From a virus: a stretch of 64,000 nucleotides of DNA. Both the position numbers and the translations under genes were made by a program. The DNA lies in the IMG/VR virus record IMGVR_UViG_3300036792_000267, positions 64,001-128,000 of that record, one strand, 5' to 3'. The notes under the pieces were generated by a model, which made no database searches, was not told where the DNA came from, and was given only the letters and a program-made list of their open reading frames with translations. Of this stretch, positions 9,120-17,986 are shown in pieces. Every line of letters starts with the position of its first letter. The stretch's first letter is position 1.

Positions 9120-9839
9120 ATGGCAGGACTGAGCGGCGAGCAGGCCGTTATCGACGTGGTGGCCGTGTCTGAGCGGCTGTGCCCGAGCACGGTCAGCTCC
9201 AACGAAACAGCCTCAAGATTGGAACTGCCGCCCGAAGCTCCAACAGAGATTGAGGCTCCCTGCGCGCTCGGGCACCCCAACCCGCCCGGTTCCCGGTTCT
9301 GCGGGGCGTGCGGGCTCCCGGCCGGCGCGGCCATTCCGGTGCGCGGCGAGCCCGTGCAGCCTAAGCCCGCCGGCATGCTGACCCCGGCCGAATTGGCTGA
9401 GCGGGAACGCCAGCACGCGGAGGCGGTCGCCGCCGCCGCCCGGTTCGAAAACGCGCCCCAGCAGTTCGTGCCGGCTGAGGGCGAGGCCGTGCTCATTCAC
9501 TTCGTGGCCGACGGGCTGACCGCGTTCGGCAGGCAGTGGTACCGCGGCCAGGAGCTGGCGATCGGCCCGGACCACCCGCGCTGGCCCGAGGCCCGGGGGT
9601 GGGTCACCCTGGACAAGTACGGGCAGATCGATCGATGGGGAGAGCAGAAGTTCGACTTCGGCCCGTGGCCCGGCCGCAAGAGCTACACCGATGCGGCGGG
9701 GTCGTTTGAGCAGCTGCGCAGCACTGACGCGGCGGGCAACAAGGTCACCTTCGCCGGCCCGTCTGAAGAGCAGCTGCGCGCCGCTGACGAGGCTGAGCGC
9801 AGGCGCGGCCGGGCAGTTCCCGCTCCGGCGATGATGTGA
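9120..9839 (+). CDS. zinc-ribbon domain protein
   Basis: CALGHPNPPGSRFCGACG; CCGAT-N9-ATG 9120. Confidence 0.7.
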   Translation: MAGLSGEQAVIDVVAVSERLCPSTVSSNETASRLELPPEAPTEIEAPCALGHPNPPGSRFCGACGLPAGAAIPVRGEPVQPKPAGMLTPAELAERERQHAEAVAAAARFENAPQQFVPAEGEAVLIHFVADGLTAFGRQWYRGQELAIGPDHPRWPEARGWVTLDKYGQIDRWGEQKFDFGPWPGRKSYTDAAGSFEQLRSTDAAGNKVTFAGPSEEQLRAADEAERRRGRAVPAPAMM

Positions 9840-9845
9840 GGCACC

Positions 9846-10190
9846 GTGACGTTCCCCGTAGGGCTGACCACGATCGAGGTCACTGGCCAGAACCTCCGCG
9901 ACTTCGGCGGCGGCTCGCTGTCCGGCACCGTAATTTTCACCGCCAGCGAGCCAGTCGCCGATCCGGCCGCTGAGGTGCTGCTGTTCGGCTCGGCTGCGTC
10001 CCAGGTGGTGGACGGGGTGCTGACGCCGGTCACGATCCCGACGACTGACTGCGTGTCGCCCGCCTTCACCTACACCATCTCGATGAAGCTGGACGAGCCC
10101 GACGCCAGCCCGTCGCCGTGGGCCGGGGTGTCCATCCCGCACACGCTGGGCGCGAGCGTCGACCTGGCCCAGCTGCTGGTGTCTGCATGA
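9846..10190 (+). CDS. hypothetical virion protein
   Basis: beta-rich 114 aa ORF in head-tail region. Confidence 0.6.
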   Translation: MTFPVGLTTIEVTGQNLRDFGGGSLSGTVIFTASEPVADPAAEVLLFGSAASQVVDGVLTPVTIPTTDCVSPAFTYTISMKLDEPDASPSPWAGVSIPHTLGASVDLAQLLVSA

Positions 10191-10765
10191 CCTGGCCCGT
10201 GCCCACCCCGGCGGAGCTGGCGAAGTACACCGGCCGGCCGCTGACCAGCTACACGAACTACGTCAACTCGGCGCTGCTGCAGGCGACCATGATGTTCACC
10301 ATCCTGGCCGAGCGGGGCGCCGACGACTACGCCGGGATGCAGCCAGACTTCCAGCAGCTCGCCAACATGGGCGTCATGGCGATGGCCGACTACCTGTACC
10401 TGCGCTGGCCTTACCAGCAGGTGATTGCCAGCCCGCTGCAGTCCGAGAACATCGGGTCTTACGAGTACAGCAAGCCGGTCGCTGAGCAGGCGCGCAACGC
10501 GCAGGCCATAGAGGTCACCGCCGAGCGCACCGGCGTGGACATGTTCGACCTGGCGGTGCGGCGGCTCGCCAGGCGCCAGGCGATGAACGGCGTCTTCTAC
10601 GGCCAGCTAACGGGTTTCGAGCATTACGGGCGCGACGACCTCGCCTACGTCAAGTTCGACCCGGAGGAAGGCCGCATGGTGCTTGTCGGGCCTGCAGATA
10701 GAGATCAGATTGATGTTCAATTCTTCTCAGTCTCAGCCGAGATGTTTCCAGCAGATCCATCATAA
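10187..10765 (+). CDS. head-to-tail adaptor (putative)
   Basis: ATGA overlap; SENIGSYEYS motif typical of adaptors; synteny. Confidence 0.65.
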   Translation: MTWPVPTPAELAKYTGRPLTSYTNYVNSALLQATMMFTILAERGADDYAGMQPDFQQLANMGVMAMADYLYLRWPYQQVIASPLQSENIGSYEYSKPVAEQARNAQAIEVTAERTGVDMFDLAVRRLARRQAMNGVFYGQLTGFEHYGRDDLAYVKFDPEEGRMVLVGPADRDQIDVQFFSVSAEMFPADPS

Positions 10766-10791
10766 CTAGCTGGACATGCTATTGTCGGTAC

Positions 10792-11481
10792 ATGGGGCGT
10801 GTGCCGACGAGGTTCGTTGAGGTAGGCCAGCGGTTTGGCCGGGGTACGGTCATCGACTCGGACGTGCGAGTTCCTTATGAGGCCCCGTCCGGATACAGCA
10901 AGAACTGGCGGTGCGCTCGGCTCCGGTGCGATTGTGGAACCGAGTACGTGGCCCAGATGGGCGCATTGTTCCGGGGTAAGCGCATCTCGTGCGGGTGCGC
11001 TCGGCGCAAGCAGCGCGACCCGGAGGCCGTGGCTCGACAACGCGCCACGCTTGAAGCACGGGGCAAGGTCACTGAGCATCCGCTCTACAGCACCTGGGCC
11101 AACATGATGCGGCGCTGCTACAAGGAGGCCAACGGCCAGTACCCCAACTACGGTGCGCGGGGCATCAAGGTTCATGAGTCGTGGCATGACAGTCGGACTT
11201 TCGTAGGCGACATCGATCGTCTGCTTGGCCCGCGCCCGAAGGGTTGCACGCTTGACCGGAAGGACAACGACGGCAACTACGAGCCGGGCAACGTGCAGTG
11301 GAGTACCGGCCCCGCGCAAAGCCGCAACACGCGCCGGGCGCTGACAGGCTCGGTCCGCTACCGGGGCAAGGGCCGGTGGGGGTTCCGCTTGAGTGCAGGC
11401 GGCTACTTTTCTGAGGCGGAAGCTTTGGCTGCCCAACGGCTAGCTATTGAGGCGCTGACCGAAGCCGGAGTGCTCCGTTAG
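10792..11481 (+). CDS. HNH homing endonuclease
   Basis: RCDCG...SCGC...YSTWANMMRRC...YGARGI...TLDRKDNDGNYEPGNVQW; TGcTATTGT 6 nt before ATG (leaderless). Confidence 0.9.
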   Translation: MGRVPTRFVEVGQRFGRGTVIDSDVRVPYEAPSGYSKNWRCARLRCDCGTEYVAQMGALFRGKRISCGCARRKQRDPEAVARQRATLEARGKVTEHPLYSTWANMMRRCYKEANGQYPNYGARGIKVHESWHDSRTFVGDIDRLLGPRPKGCTLDRKDNDGNYEPGNVQWSTGPAQSRNTRRALTGSVRYRGKGRWGFRLSAGGYFSEAEALAAQRLAIEALTEAGVLR

Positions 11482-11482
11482 C

Positions 11483-11515
11483 CTGTCCCCAGGTTGTGGA
11501 CAGGCTTGTGGACAA
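11483..11515. promoter_or_regulatory. three DnaA-box-like 9-mers
   Basis: CTGTCCCCA 11483, TGTGGACAG 11495, TGTGGACAA 11507 (reverse complement of actinobacterial TTGTCCACA), 3-nt spacers. Confidence 0.45.
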
Positions 11516-11539
11516 CCGGGCTGAGGCGTAACAGGGAGT

Positions 11540-11986
11540 ATGGCTGAATCCCGTCGTCGTCTGCTGGTCACCGGGTCACAGGACTGGGACGATTTCGCCA
11601 CCGTCCGGCGCGTGCTGAAGAAGCTGTGGGACTATGACCCGGATATCCTGCTGGTCAGCGGCGCGTGCCCGCGCGGGGCGGACCTGATGTGCGAGACGGT
11701 TTGGGACGAGTACCTGGGCGGCGGCGTAGAGCGCCACCCGGCGGACTGGTACCCGGACGGCCGGTACGACAACAGGGCCGGCATCCGCCGCAACGAGGAG
11801 ATGGTGCGCCTGGGCGTGTGGGGGTGCGTCGCCTTCGGGCGGTCCTGCGAGCGCGTCGCGTGCCGGGGGAAGCTCGCTGATGAGAAGTGGCCTTTCCACG
11901 TTACGCACGGCACGGAGCATTGCTCGCGCTACGCTGAGGCTCATGGCATTCCGGTGAAGAGGTTCACTCCGATCCTGGCGGTATGA
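11540..11986 (+). CDS. SLOG-family (DUF2493/YspA-like) protein
   Basis: LLVTGSQDW...LVSGACPRGAD...HPADW...AGIRRNEEMV...GT. Confidence 0.8.
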   Translation: MAESRRRLLVTGSQDWDDFATVRRVLKKLWDYDPDILLVSGACPRGADLMCETVWDEYLGGGVERHPADWYPDGRYDNRAGIRRNEEMVRLGVWGCVAFGRSCERVACRGKLADEKWPFHVTHGTEHCSRYAEAHGIPVKRFTPILAV

Positions 11987-12132
11987 ATGGTCCGGTGCAC
12001 GAGCGCGTTACGATTCAGGACGTCTGGGCCTTTATTGCCCCTGCAGGTTGGGCTACCCAGTGGTACTGGCCAGAGGGGGTTCACGGCAAGGTGTGGAACT
12101 TCTTTCACGGGCGCGGCTGGCAGGTGGTGTGA
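11983..12132 (+). CDS. small Trp-rich protein (49 aa, not in ORF track)
   Basis: CCGAT-N9-ATG 11983; MNGPVHERVTIQDVWAFIAPAGWATQWYW...; TGATG coupling to next gene. Confidence 0.55.
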   Translation: MNGPVHERVTIQDVWAFIAPAGWATQWYWPEGVHGKVWNFFHGRGWQVV

Positions 12133-12272
12133 TGGTTCACCGGGGAATCCCCGAGCACGGCTCCTGGTGGCGGCTCGGCCGCGACATGCTGTGGCTGGCC
12201 GTTCTCGCCGGGGCCGGCTCCGTGGTGTTCATCCTCGGTGACCTGGTGATCTACGGCCGGGTGAACTGGTGA
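12132..12272 (+). CDS. small membrane protein
   Basis: one hydrophobic segment; coupled to both neighbours. Confidence 0.55.
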   Translation: MVHRGIPEHGSWWRLGRDMLWLAVLAGAGSVVFILGDLVIYGRVNW

Positions 12273-12583
12273 CCAGGTACAGGGACCCGCTCCCGCCGGG
12301 AGTGCGGCAGAAGGTCGCGAAGATGTCGCTGGTGCTGCAGTACGCCGACGGCTATATCGCGGTCGTGCAGGGCGAGGACCTGTACGCCACGGCGACATTC
12401 CCGCTTGCCCTCGGGCCTGACGCCGAGGTGCAGGTCATCCGTGAGCTGTCTCTGGTGCCCTCGGTCTTCGAGACCAGGAAGCTGGTGCTGGAGGTCGACC
12501 TGGTGCCCGGCAAGCCGAGCCGTCCTGCCCTGCGCATGCAGTGCGCCTTTACCGACGAGGACCCGCCGATTCCCAGTGCGTGA
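12269..12583 (+). CDS. hypothetical protein
   Basis: GTGA overlaps on both sides. Confidence 0.6.
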   Translation: MTRYRDPLPPGVRQKVAKMSLVLQYADGYIAVVQGEDLYATATFPLALGPDAEVQVIRELSLVPSVFETRKLVLEVDLVPGKPSRPALRMQCAFTDEDPPIPSA

Positions 12584-13074
12584 CCACGCCGCAGCCTTAC
12601 CAGCCGTTCGCGCCTGGCCAGGGCATGCGGATCTTCTACAGCAGCACCTGCCAGGTGCTCCGCTCCAACTCCTCGCTCGACGTCGGCGGCGGCATGTCGT
12701 TCACCTGGGACCCGGTAACCGACGTGGTGGACCGTTACCTGAACACGCCGGGGATGCTGCAGTGCCGCCTTGACCTGACCTTCCTGCGGCCGGGCAAGGA
12801 CCAGCCCGCGCCCATCGTGGCCGGCCGCGCCCCGGACCGGGTGGGCGTCTGCTACTTCGACCTGGTGCCCGACGCCGAGGGCGCGTCGCAGGTGCGGGCC
12901 GGCGACCGCCTGCGGTGCGTGAGCGGCCCCATCTTCGGCACGTTCGAGATCCGGCTCATCCCCGACGTCGCGCAGTCCCTCATCGGCGCGCACCACATCG
13001 AGGTACAGGTTGTCGAGGTCAGCCAGATGCTCAAGCCGGGCACCTCGCCGACGCCCTTCGGGTCACCGGAGTGA
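12580..13074 (+). CDS. head-to-tail stopper (putative)
   Basis: VRAGDRL...HHIEVQVVE motif; CCGAT-N9-GTG. Confidence 0.65.
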   Translation: MTTPQPYQPFAPGQGMRIFYSSTCQVLRSNSSLDVGGGMSFTWDPVTDVVDRYLNTPGMLQCRLDLTFLRPGKDQPAPIVAGRAPDRVGVCYFDLVPDAEGASQVRAGDRLRCVSGPIFGTFEIRLIPDVAQSLIGAHHIEVQVVEVSQMLKPGTSPTPFGSPE

Positions 13075-13085
13075 GGAGGATCGAC

Positions 13086-13241
13086 ATGCGCTGGGGCGTG
13101 CACTGGGGGAAGCGCAAGGAGAACGGCGTCTGGCGGGCGTCAGTGCCACGTCGGCGCTTCATGTTTCGCGGGCACGACTCGCTGTTCATCGCGGCAGGCT
13201 GCTGGCGGCTGCGCCTGATGAAGCCGGGGTGGTGCCCGTGA
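13086..13241 (+). CDS. small basic hypothetical protein
   Basis: GAGGAGG RBS before ATG 13086. Confidence 0.5.
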   Translation: MRWGVHWGKRKENGVWRASVPRRRFMFRGHDSLFIAAGCWRLRLMKPGWCP

Positions 13242-13594
13242 GCGCGCCGTGGTGGCACCCGGAAGCCAACCCGCTGCGCGACATTCAAGAGGTTGCGCGT
13301 GAGCTGGAGCGGCAGTACGCGTCTGGTTTTAGTGCGCCGCAGCCTATGGGACTCCCTGAGCCCGTAGTGGTGGTAGCACCGCGCTTCAAGGAGGCGCTGA
13401 CGTGGGCGTGCCGGGAAAGGCTGGCGCGGAGGCGGTGGCACTGGGCCCGGCTGCCGGAGGAGCTGTACGGCCTGCTCGGCGGCACCGTCGTACTGGTCAA
13501 CAGCTCCAGGCTGGCGGGCGACCCGGGTGAGTGGTTCTCGGTGATGCAGGTCCTCGGCCGGACGGGCACGGTTATCCGGCAGGAAGTTACCTGA
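13238..13594 (+). CDS. hypothetical protein
   Basis: GTGA overlap; TGATG coupling downstream. Confidence 0.5.
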   Translation: MSAPWWHPEANPLRDIQEVARELERQYASGFSAPQPMGLPEPVVVVAPRFKEALTWACRERLARRRWHWARLPEELYGLLGGTVVLVNSSRLAGDPGEWFSVMQVLGRTGTVIRQEVT

Positions 13595-14019
13595 TGGCTG
13601 AGTATTTCGTGGTCTACCTGAACGGCGCGGGCGACGAGCTGGACCGGCTGGCCCGCGGCCCCGACGCGCAGACCATCGCGCGCATGGAGGCGGCGCTCAT
13701 GCTGGGCTACGCCATCACCGAGGGGCGGGTGCACGTCATCACCGGCGACCTGCTCGCCTCCGGCCACCCGGCCTCCAGCTTCGACAAGTACACCTGGTCA
13801 GGCGAGATCGACTACGACCGCTACCCGGGCATCTTCGAGCTGGCGCGCGGCGACGTCGCGACGAAGTACCACCCCTATCCGGGCAGGCACTACTTCTTCG
13901 ACCCGGGCGGGCACGAGTTCGAGAAGGGCGTGCGGCAGGCGTTCTGGGACTGGGTGACGGACGACAAGGGCGGCAAGGCTCCCGACGGCGGCCTGCCGTG
14001 GAAGTCCGGCGGCGATTAG
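13594..14019 (+). CDS. neck/tail completion protein (HK97 gp10-like)
   Basis: VHVITGDLLASG motif; synteny. Confidence 0.6.
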   Translation: MAEYFVVYLNGAGDELDRLARGPDAQTIARMEAALMLGYAITEGRVHVITGDLLASGHPASSFDKYTWSGEIDYDRYPGIFELARGDVATKYHPYPGRHYFFDPGGHEFEKGVRQAFWDWVTDDKGGKAPDGGLPWKSGGD

Positions 14020-14025
14020 CTGTGC

Positions 14026-14547
14026 ATGGATGACGTGGCGACCGGGAGTGTCAAGTACCTGTCCGGGTTCGCCGACGTCACCGCGCTGCTCGGCTCCTAC
14101 CCGCTGACCGACCCGCCCGGGTTCGCGGGCAAGCCCTGGCTGTTCAGCGACATGAACCAGGGCGTGCTCAAAGTCATGGAGGGCTCCTCGGCCGCGGCAG
14201 TGGTGTGCGCCGACTTCGGCGGCTGGGAGGTGCCGGTGCCCGGGTCCAGCGCCCGGTACCGGCGGCTGCGCGTGGATATCTGGATTGACCCGCAGCGCGA
14301 CGCCGGCATGAACGTCGCCGAGTCCTCCTCCGTGACCGCCAACCGCGGCCTGGCGGTGTTCAACGCCCTTCAGTACCGCCTCCACCGCCTTGACCCGGAC
14401 GCGGTGGTGTGGGGCGACCTGGTGACGGTTGGCTGCCAGCTGCTCACTGAGCCCGTCTTCCAGCCCATCGCCGACGGCGACTACCTGCTGCGCGGGACCG
14501 CCTACTACGGCGTGGAGTACAGCGGCTGGAGCGACGCGGCCGAATAG
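14026..14547 (+). CDS. tail terminator (putative)
   Basis: synteny; RLRVDIWID; GCGAT-N9-ATG. Confidence 0.55.
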   Translation: MDDVATGSVKYLSGFADVTALLGSYPLTDPPGFAGKPWLFSDMNQGVLKVMEGSSAAAVVCADFGGWEVPVPGSSARYRRLRVDIWIDPQRDAGMNVAESSSVTANRGLAVFNALQYRLHRLDPDAVVWGDLVTVGCQLLTEPVFQPIADGDYLLRGTAYYGVEYSGWSDAAE

Positions 14548-14616
14548 TTACCCAGGGTCGCGTCATTACCGCCGGCGCGGCGCGTGCAGTCACCGTAACC
14601 GCGAGGGGGAGGGCCC

Positions 14617-15834
14617 GTGCCAGCCGACCGGCCGTTGAAAATCCTGCTGAAGTCCCCGTTTAGCCAGTTTTCGGGGTACGGCATGGACGGCTTCAGCCTC
14701 GCCCGCGCGCTGCACCGCTGGGGGTGCGACGTCTACCTGCAGCCGACCTGGCTGGACGTGCCGGTCCCGCGCGATCTGCTGCCGCTGTTCGCCAAGGAGC
14801 TGCGCGCCCCGTTTGACCTGCTCATCAACCACTGGGACCCAAGCCACCTGTTCATCACCCCTGAGGCCCGCCAGTGCGCCCGGGTGGCCGTGGCCTGGAC
14901 CATGTGGGAGTTCGCCGGCGGGCCAGGGAAGAACGGCAAGGGTGTGTCCGGCCTGGTGCCGCACTGCGAGGCGCGCTCCACCCTGCGCAAGCGGCTCAAG
15001 TGGTTTGACCTGGTGCTCGGCTACGACCCGGTGAGCCTGGAGGCGATTGAGCCCTACATCCCGCCGAAGGTGCACAGCGGCGTGCTGCAGGGCGGCTACG
15101 ACGCCGGGGAGTGGAAGAAAACCGAGCGCGACTGGTTCAGCGAGCGGTTCGGGTTCATCATGCACGGGGCACTCAACGACCGCAAGCAGCCGTGGACGGC
15201 GATCGAGGCTTTCCAGGCGCTGAAGTTCGAGAAGGGCGCGGACTTCGAGGGGGCGACGCTGGCCCTGCACACCAGCGCGCCGGGCAAGCTGTGGCCCGAG
15301 CTGAACGAGCCGTTCAAGGCCACCAAGATCCGCGTGTTCGTGGACGCGTTCGACCGGCCCACGCTGGACGACTTCTACGCCGCCGGGCACTGCCTGCTCG
15401 CGCCGTCCCGCGGCGAGGGCAAGAACCTGCCCGCCCTGGAGTTCATGACGACTGGCGGGGTGGTGGCGGCCACCGACTTCGGCGGCCACAAGCAGTGGCT
15501 GAACGCCGACTACGCCTACCCGCTGGGCTATGACCTGAAGCCGACGTTCGATGACAAGCCCTGGGGCGCGCACGACGCCCGGGTGAGCGTGGAGCACCTG
15601 AAAGAGGTCATCTGGCACATCTACACCCACCGGGCCGAGGCCAGGCAGAAGGCCGAGCTGGCGTCCCGGGTCATCCCGCAGATGTGCGACTGGTCGGTAG
15701 TGGCGGAGAGCCTGTTCCGGCGCATCGGCGACCAGGTGGCCGGACCGGGGCCGGAGGTGGCCGCCCAGGCGTTCGCCTGCCGTCGCGAGCCGGAGCCCGG
15801 CCCGTCGGCTGCCATGCCCGGCTGGCACCAGTGA
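14617..15834 (+). CDS. GT-B (GT4-like) glycosyltransferase
   Basis: SGYG; RKQP; CLLAPSRGEGKNLPALEFMTTGGVVAATDFGG (E-x7-E). Confidence 0.85.
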   Translation: MPADRPLKILLKSPFSQFSGYGMDGFSLARALHRWGCDVYLQPTWLDVPVPRDLLPLFAKELRAPFDLLINHWDPSHLFITPEARQCARVAVAWTMWEFAGGPGKNGKGVSGLVPHCEARSTLRKRLKWFDLVLGYDPVSLEAIEPYIPPKVHSGVLQGGYDAGEWKKTERDWFSERFGFIMHGALNDRKQPWTAIEAFQALKFEKGADFEGATLALHTSAPGKLWPELNEPFKATKIRVFVDAFDRPTLDDFYAAGHCLLAPSRGEGKNLPALEFMTTGGVVAATDFGGHKQWLNADYAYPLGYDLKPTFDDKPWGAHDARVSVEHLKEVIWHIYTHRAEARQKAELASRVIPQMCDWSVVAESLFRRIGDQVAGPGPEVAAQAFACRREPEPGPSAAMPGWHQ

Positions 15835-16097
15835 CCGCCGTGGAGGAGATCGAGGTCCGCTGCCCGGTCCCGGTGCAATTGCCGAACGGGCACAGCCTGC
15901 CCGGCAGGCTGCTGATGAAGCTGCTGGTACGGGGCGAGTTCCCGTCGTTCGTGCACCCGGACAACCTTATTGAGCTGGCTTGCGACGAGTGCCGGGTGCA
16001 GTTGCGCAAGCGGGGTGTCAGCGTGAACCGGGTGCTGCACAGGTACGACCTCGCCGGGCAGCTTGTGGAGACACTGACTGACGGCGAGGTGATTTGA
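15831..16097 (+). CDS. hypothetical protein (CxxC)
   Basis: GTGA overlap with glycosyltransferase. Confidence 0.55.
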   Translation: MTAVEEIEVRCPVPVQLPNGHSLPGRLLMKLLVRGEFPSFVHPDNLIELACDECRVQLRKRGVSVNRVLHRYDLAGQLVETLTDGEVI

Positions 16098-16125
16098 ATG
16101 TAGCCTCACGACCGGAGGCGATTTA

Positions 16126-16584
16126 ATGAACGACCGGAGACTAAGGCTCGCTGACGAGGCCTCGGAAACCAGGCCGGAGGCCCTGCCCATCAAGCAGGTC
16201 AAGTGCCGGGCGGGCCACCACAAGTTCGCGATGGACGACTGGGAGCCGCCAGCTGCCATCCCCCGCGGGGTGAGCGTGATGTTCGCCAGCGAGGGCCGGT
16301 ACAAGCTGATGGAGCCGTGCCTGTCCTGCATGGCGGCGACCCGGGTGACTTACACGCACCCTGGCGGCGGCATCGACGGGTTCCTGAAATCCGGCATCGT
16401 CTACGGCTCCAACTGGGTGCGGATGGCCATGAGCCAGCCGCGCGGCCGGCGGGTCATGCGCGATGAGCGCTGCCGCCGCGGGGCGGCGCAGTTGCGGGAC
16501 TTCATCGGCCGGGCTGTCACGGACCTGGCTGAGCCTGATGACCCGCGGTCCGCGGTCGCCCCGGTGCAGTTCAGGAGCGTCTAG
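16126..16584 (+). CDS. hypothetical protein
   Basis: GGAGG RBS; CRAGHH/CLSC possible metal site. Confidence 0.6.
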   Translation: MNDRRLRLADEASETRPEALPIKQVKCRAGHHKFAMDDWEPPAAIPRGVSVMFASEGRYKLMEPCLSCMAATRVTYTHPGGGIDGFLKSGIVYGSNWVRMAMSQPRGRRVMRDERCRRGAAQLRDFIGRAVTDLAEPDDPRSAVAPVQFRSV

Positions 16585-17069
16585 TGCAGACGGTCGAGGT
16601 CAAGCTCTGGGACGACCTGCATCACCGGCAGGACAGGGAGAAGGTCCCCGCTGAGGTCCAGGTAGAACTGACGTACAGGACCGAGAAGGTTTCTAAGTGC
16701 GTCCGGCTGGACCTGACTGCCGCGCACGGTGATGAGCTGGCTAAGCTGCTCGCCCCCTACCTGGCGGCTGGCCAGTCCCCCGAGGCCGAGGACAGCGCGC
16801 GCGAGGTAAAAAGCGGCGGCAAGATCCGTCGCGGCCCTCCGGGCGGCCCTGGCGGGTCGGCGGCGCGGAAGTGGCGCGAGAACCTGCGCGCGTGGTCGGA
16901 CGGCCTGGGGCTGGTCAACCGGGATGACCCGGGCTACCCTGCCTGGCAGACCACTAGCGGCAAGCACTACTACCCGGCTGACCTGGAGGACGCGTTCATC
17001 CTGCACAAGGACGGGCACGAGGAAGAGGCGCTGGCGCTGGTCGCGAAGTTCAAGCCGCAGGCCGCTTAG
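16584..17069 (+). CDS. lsr2: Lsr2-like nucleoid-associated protein
   Basis: VEVKLWDDL...RLDLTAAHGDELAKLLAPYLAAG dimerisation domain; LRAW in C-terminal domain. Confidence 0.7.
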   Translation: MQTVEVKLWDDLHHRQDREKVPAEVQVELTYRTEKVSKCVRLDLTAAHGDELAKLLAPYLAAGQSPEAEDSAREVKSGGKIRRGPPGGPGGSAARKWRENLRAWSDGLGLVNRDDPGYPAWQTTSGKHYYPADLEDAFILHKDGHEEEALALVAKFKPQAA

Positions 17070-17078
17070 TTGGGCGGG

Positions 17079-17309
17079 ATGCGGTTCATGCCCGCGGGAG
17101 TGCACCGCGAGCGGCAGGGCGATGACTGGTACGTCATCTGGCTGGGCCCGGCCCGCGCCGAGGGCAGCATCGTCATCGGCCGGACTAAGCGGCTGAGACG
17201 GCACCTGTGGCACCGCTGCTTCCCTGAGTCAGGTGCCGCCTGCCGGGAAGTGAAAGGGCACGTAGCCGGCATCGAGTGGCTGCTGGAGGTGCACAGGCAG
17301 TCCGATTAG
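17079..17309 (+). CDS. hypothetical protein
   Basis: ORF filling gap between genes. Confidence 0.5.
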   Translation: MRFMPAGVHRERQGDDWYVIWLGPARAEGSIVIGRTKRLRRHLWHRCFPESGAACREVKGHVAGIEWLLEVHRQSD

Positions 17310-17315
17310 GCGGGC

Positions 17316-17906
17316 GTGCACTACCGAGCCGTGCCCGGCTGGCCAGCGCCCATTGTGGTAGCCCGGCCACGGCCAGGGGACTTCTGCTGCGTCCCCGTCA
17401 GCGGCCCGGTGGGCCTCGGCATCACCGTCGGCCAGTGGCTGGACGGCGACGCGTTCCAGTTCTACGACCACACCGAGATCTACATCGGCAAGGCGGATGC
17501 CGCCGGGCCCTACGGTTACACGGTCAGCGCCTACCCGGACGGCCACGGCAAGCGGCCCCTGCCCTGCCCGTCGTGGCAGCTGCCCGGCTCGCTGTGGTCA
17601 TCCGGGCTGGTCGACCTGACCGGCGCGCAGCGGACCGGCATCACCGCCTGGGCGATGGCGCACCAGGACACCACCTACTCGTTCCTGGACTACGGCGCGC
17701 TGGCGCTGCACGCGCTGCACGTCCCGGCCCCTGGCCTGCGCGAGTTCATAAAAAGCACCGGGCACATGATTTGCGGCCAGTGGACGGACGCGGGCTACCG
17801 CTTTGGCGGCGAGGTGCAGCTTTTCGATGACAAGCGCTGGGAGGGCTACGTCAAGCCAGGCGATTTGGCCAAGCTCCTGCAAGCCCGGCTCGTCCAGGCG
17901 GCTTAG
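17316..17906 (+). CDS. permuted papain-like (YiiX/NlpC-P60) amidase
   Basis: PRPGDF...HTEIYIG...YSF...MICGQW...YVKPGDL. Confidence 0.7.
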   Translation: MHYRAVPGWPAPIVVARPRPGDFCCVPVSGPVGLGITVGQWLDGDAFQFYDHTEIYIGKADAAGPYGYTVSAYPDGHGKRPLPCPSWQLPGSLWSSGLVDLTGAQRTGITAWAMAHQDTTYSFLDYGALALHALHVPAPGLREFIKSTGHMICGQWTDAGYRFGGEVQLFDDKRWEGYVKPGDLAKLLQARLVQAA

Positions 17907-17986
17907 CGGTTTCCCCTGCGGCCTCCGTGATCTTGGTGTTACCGTCGCGGAACCCGCACCTGACGCCAGCATGCCCGGGAGATGCC

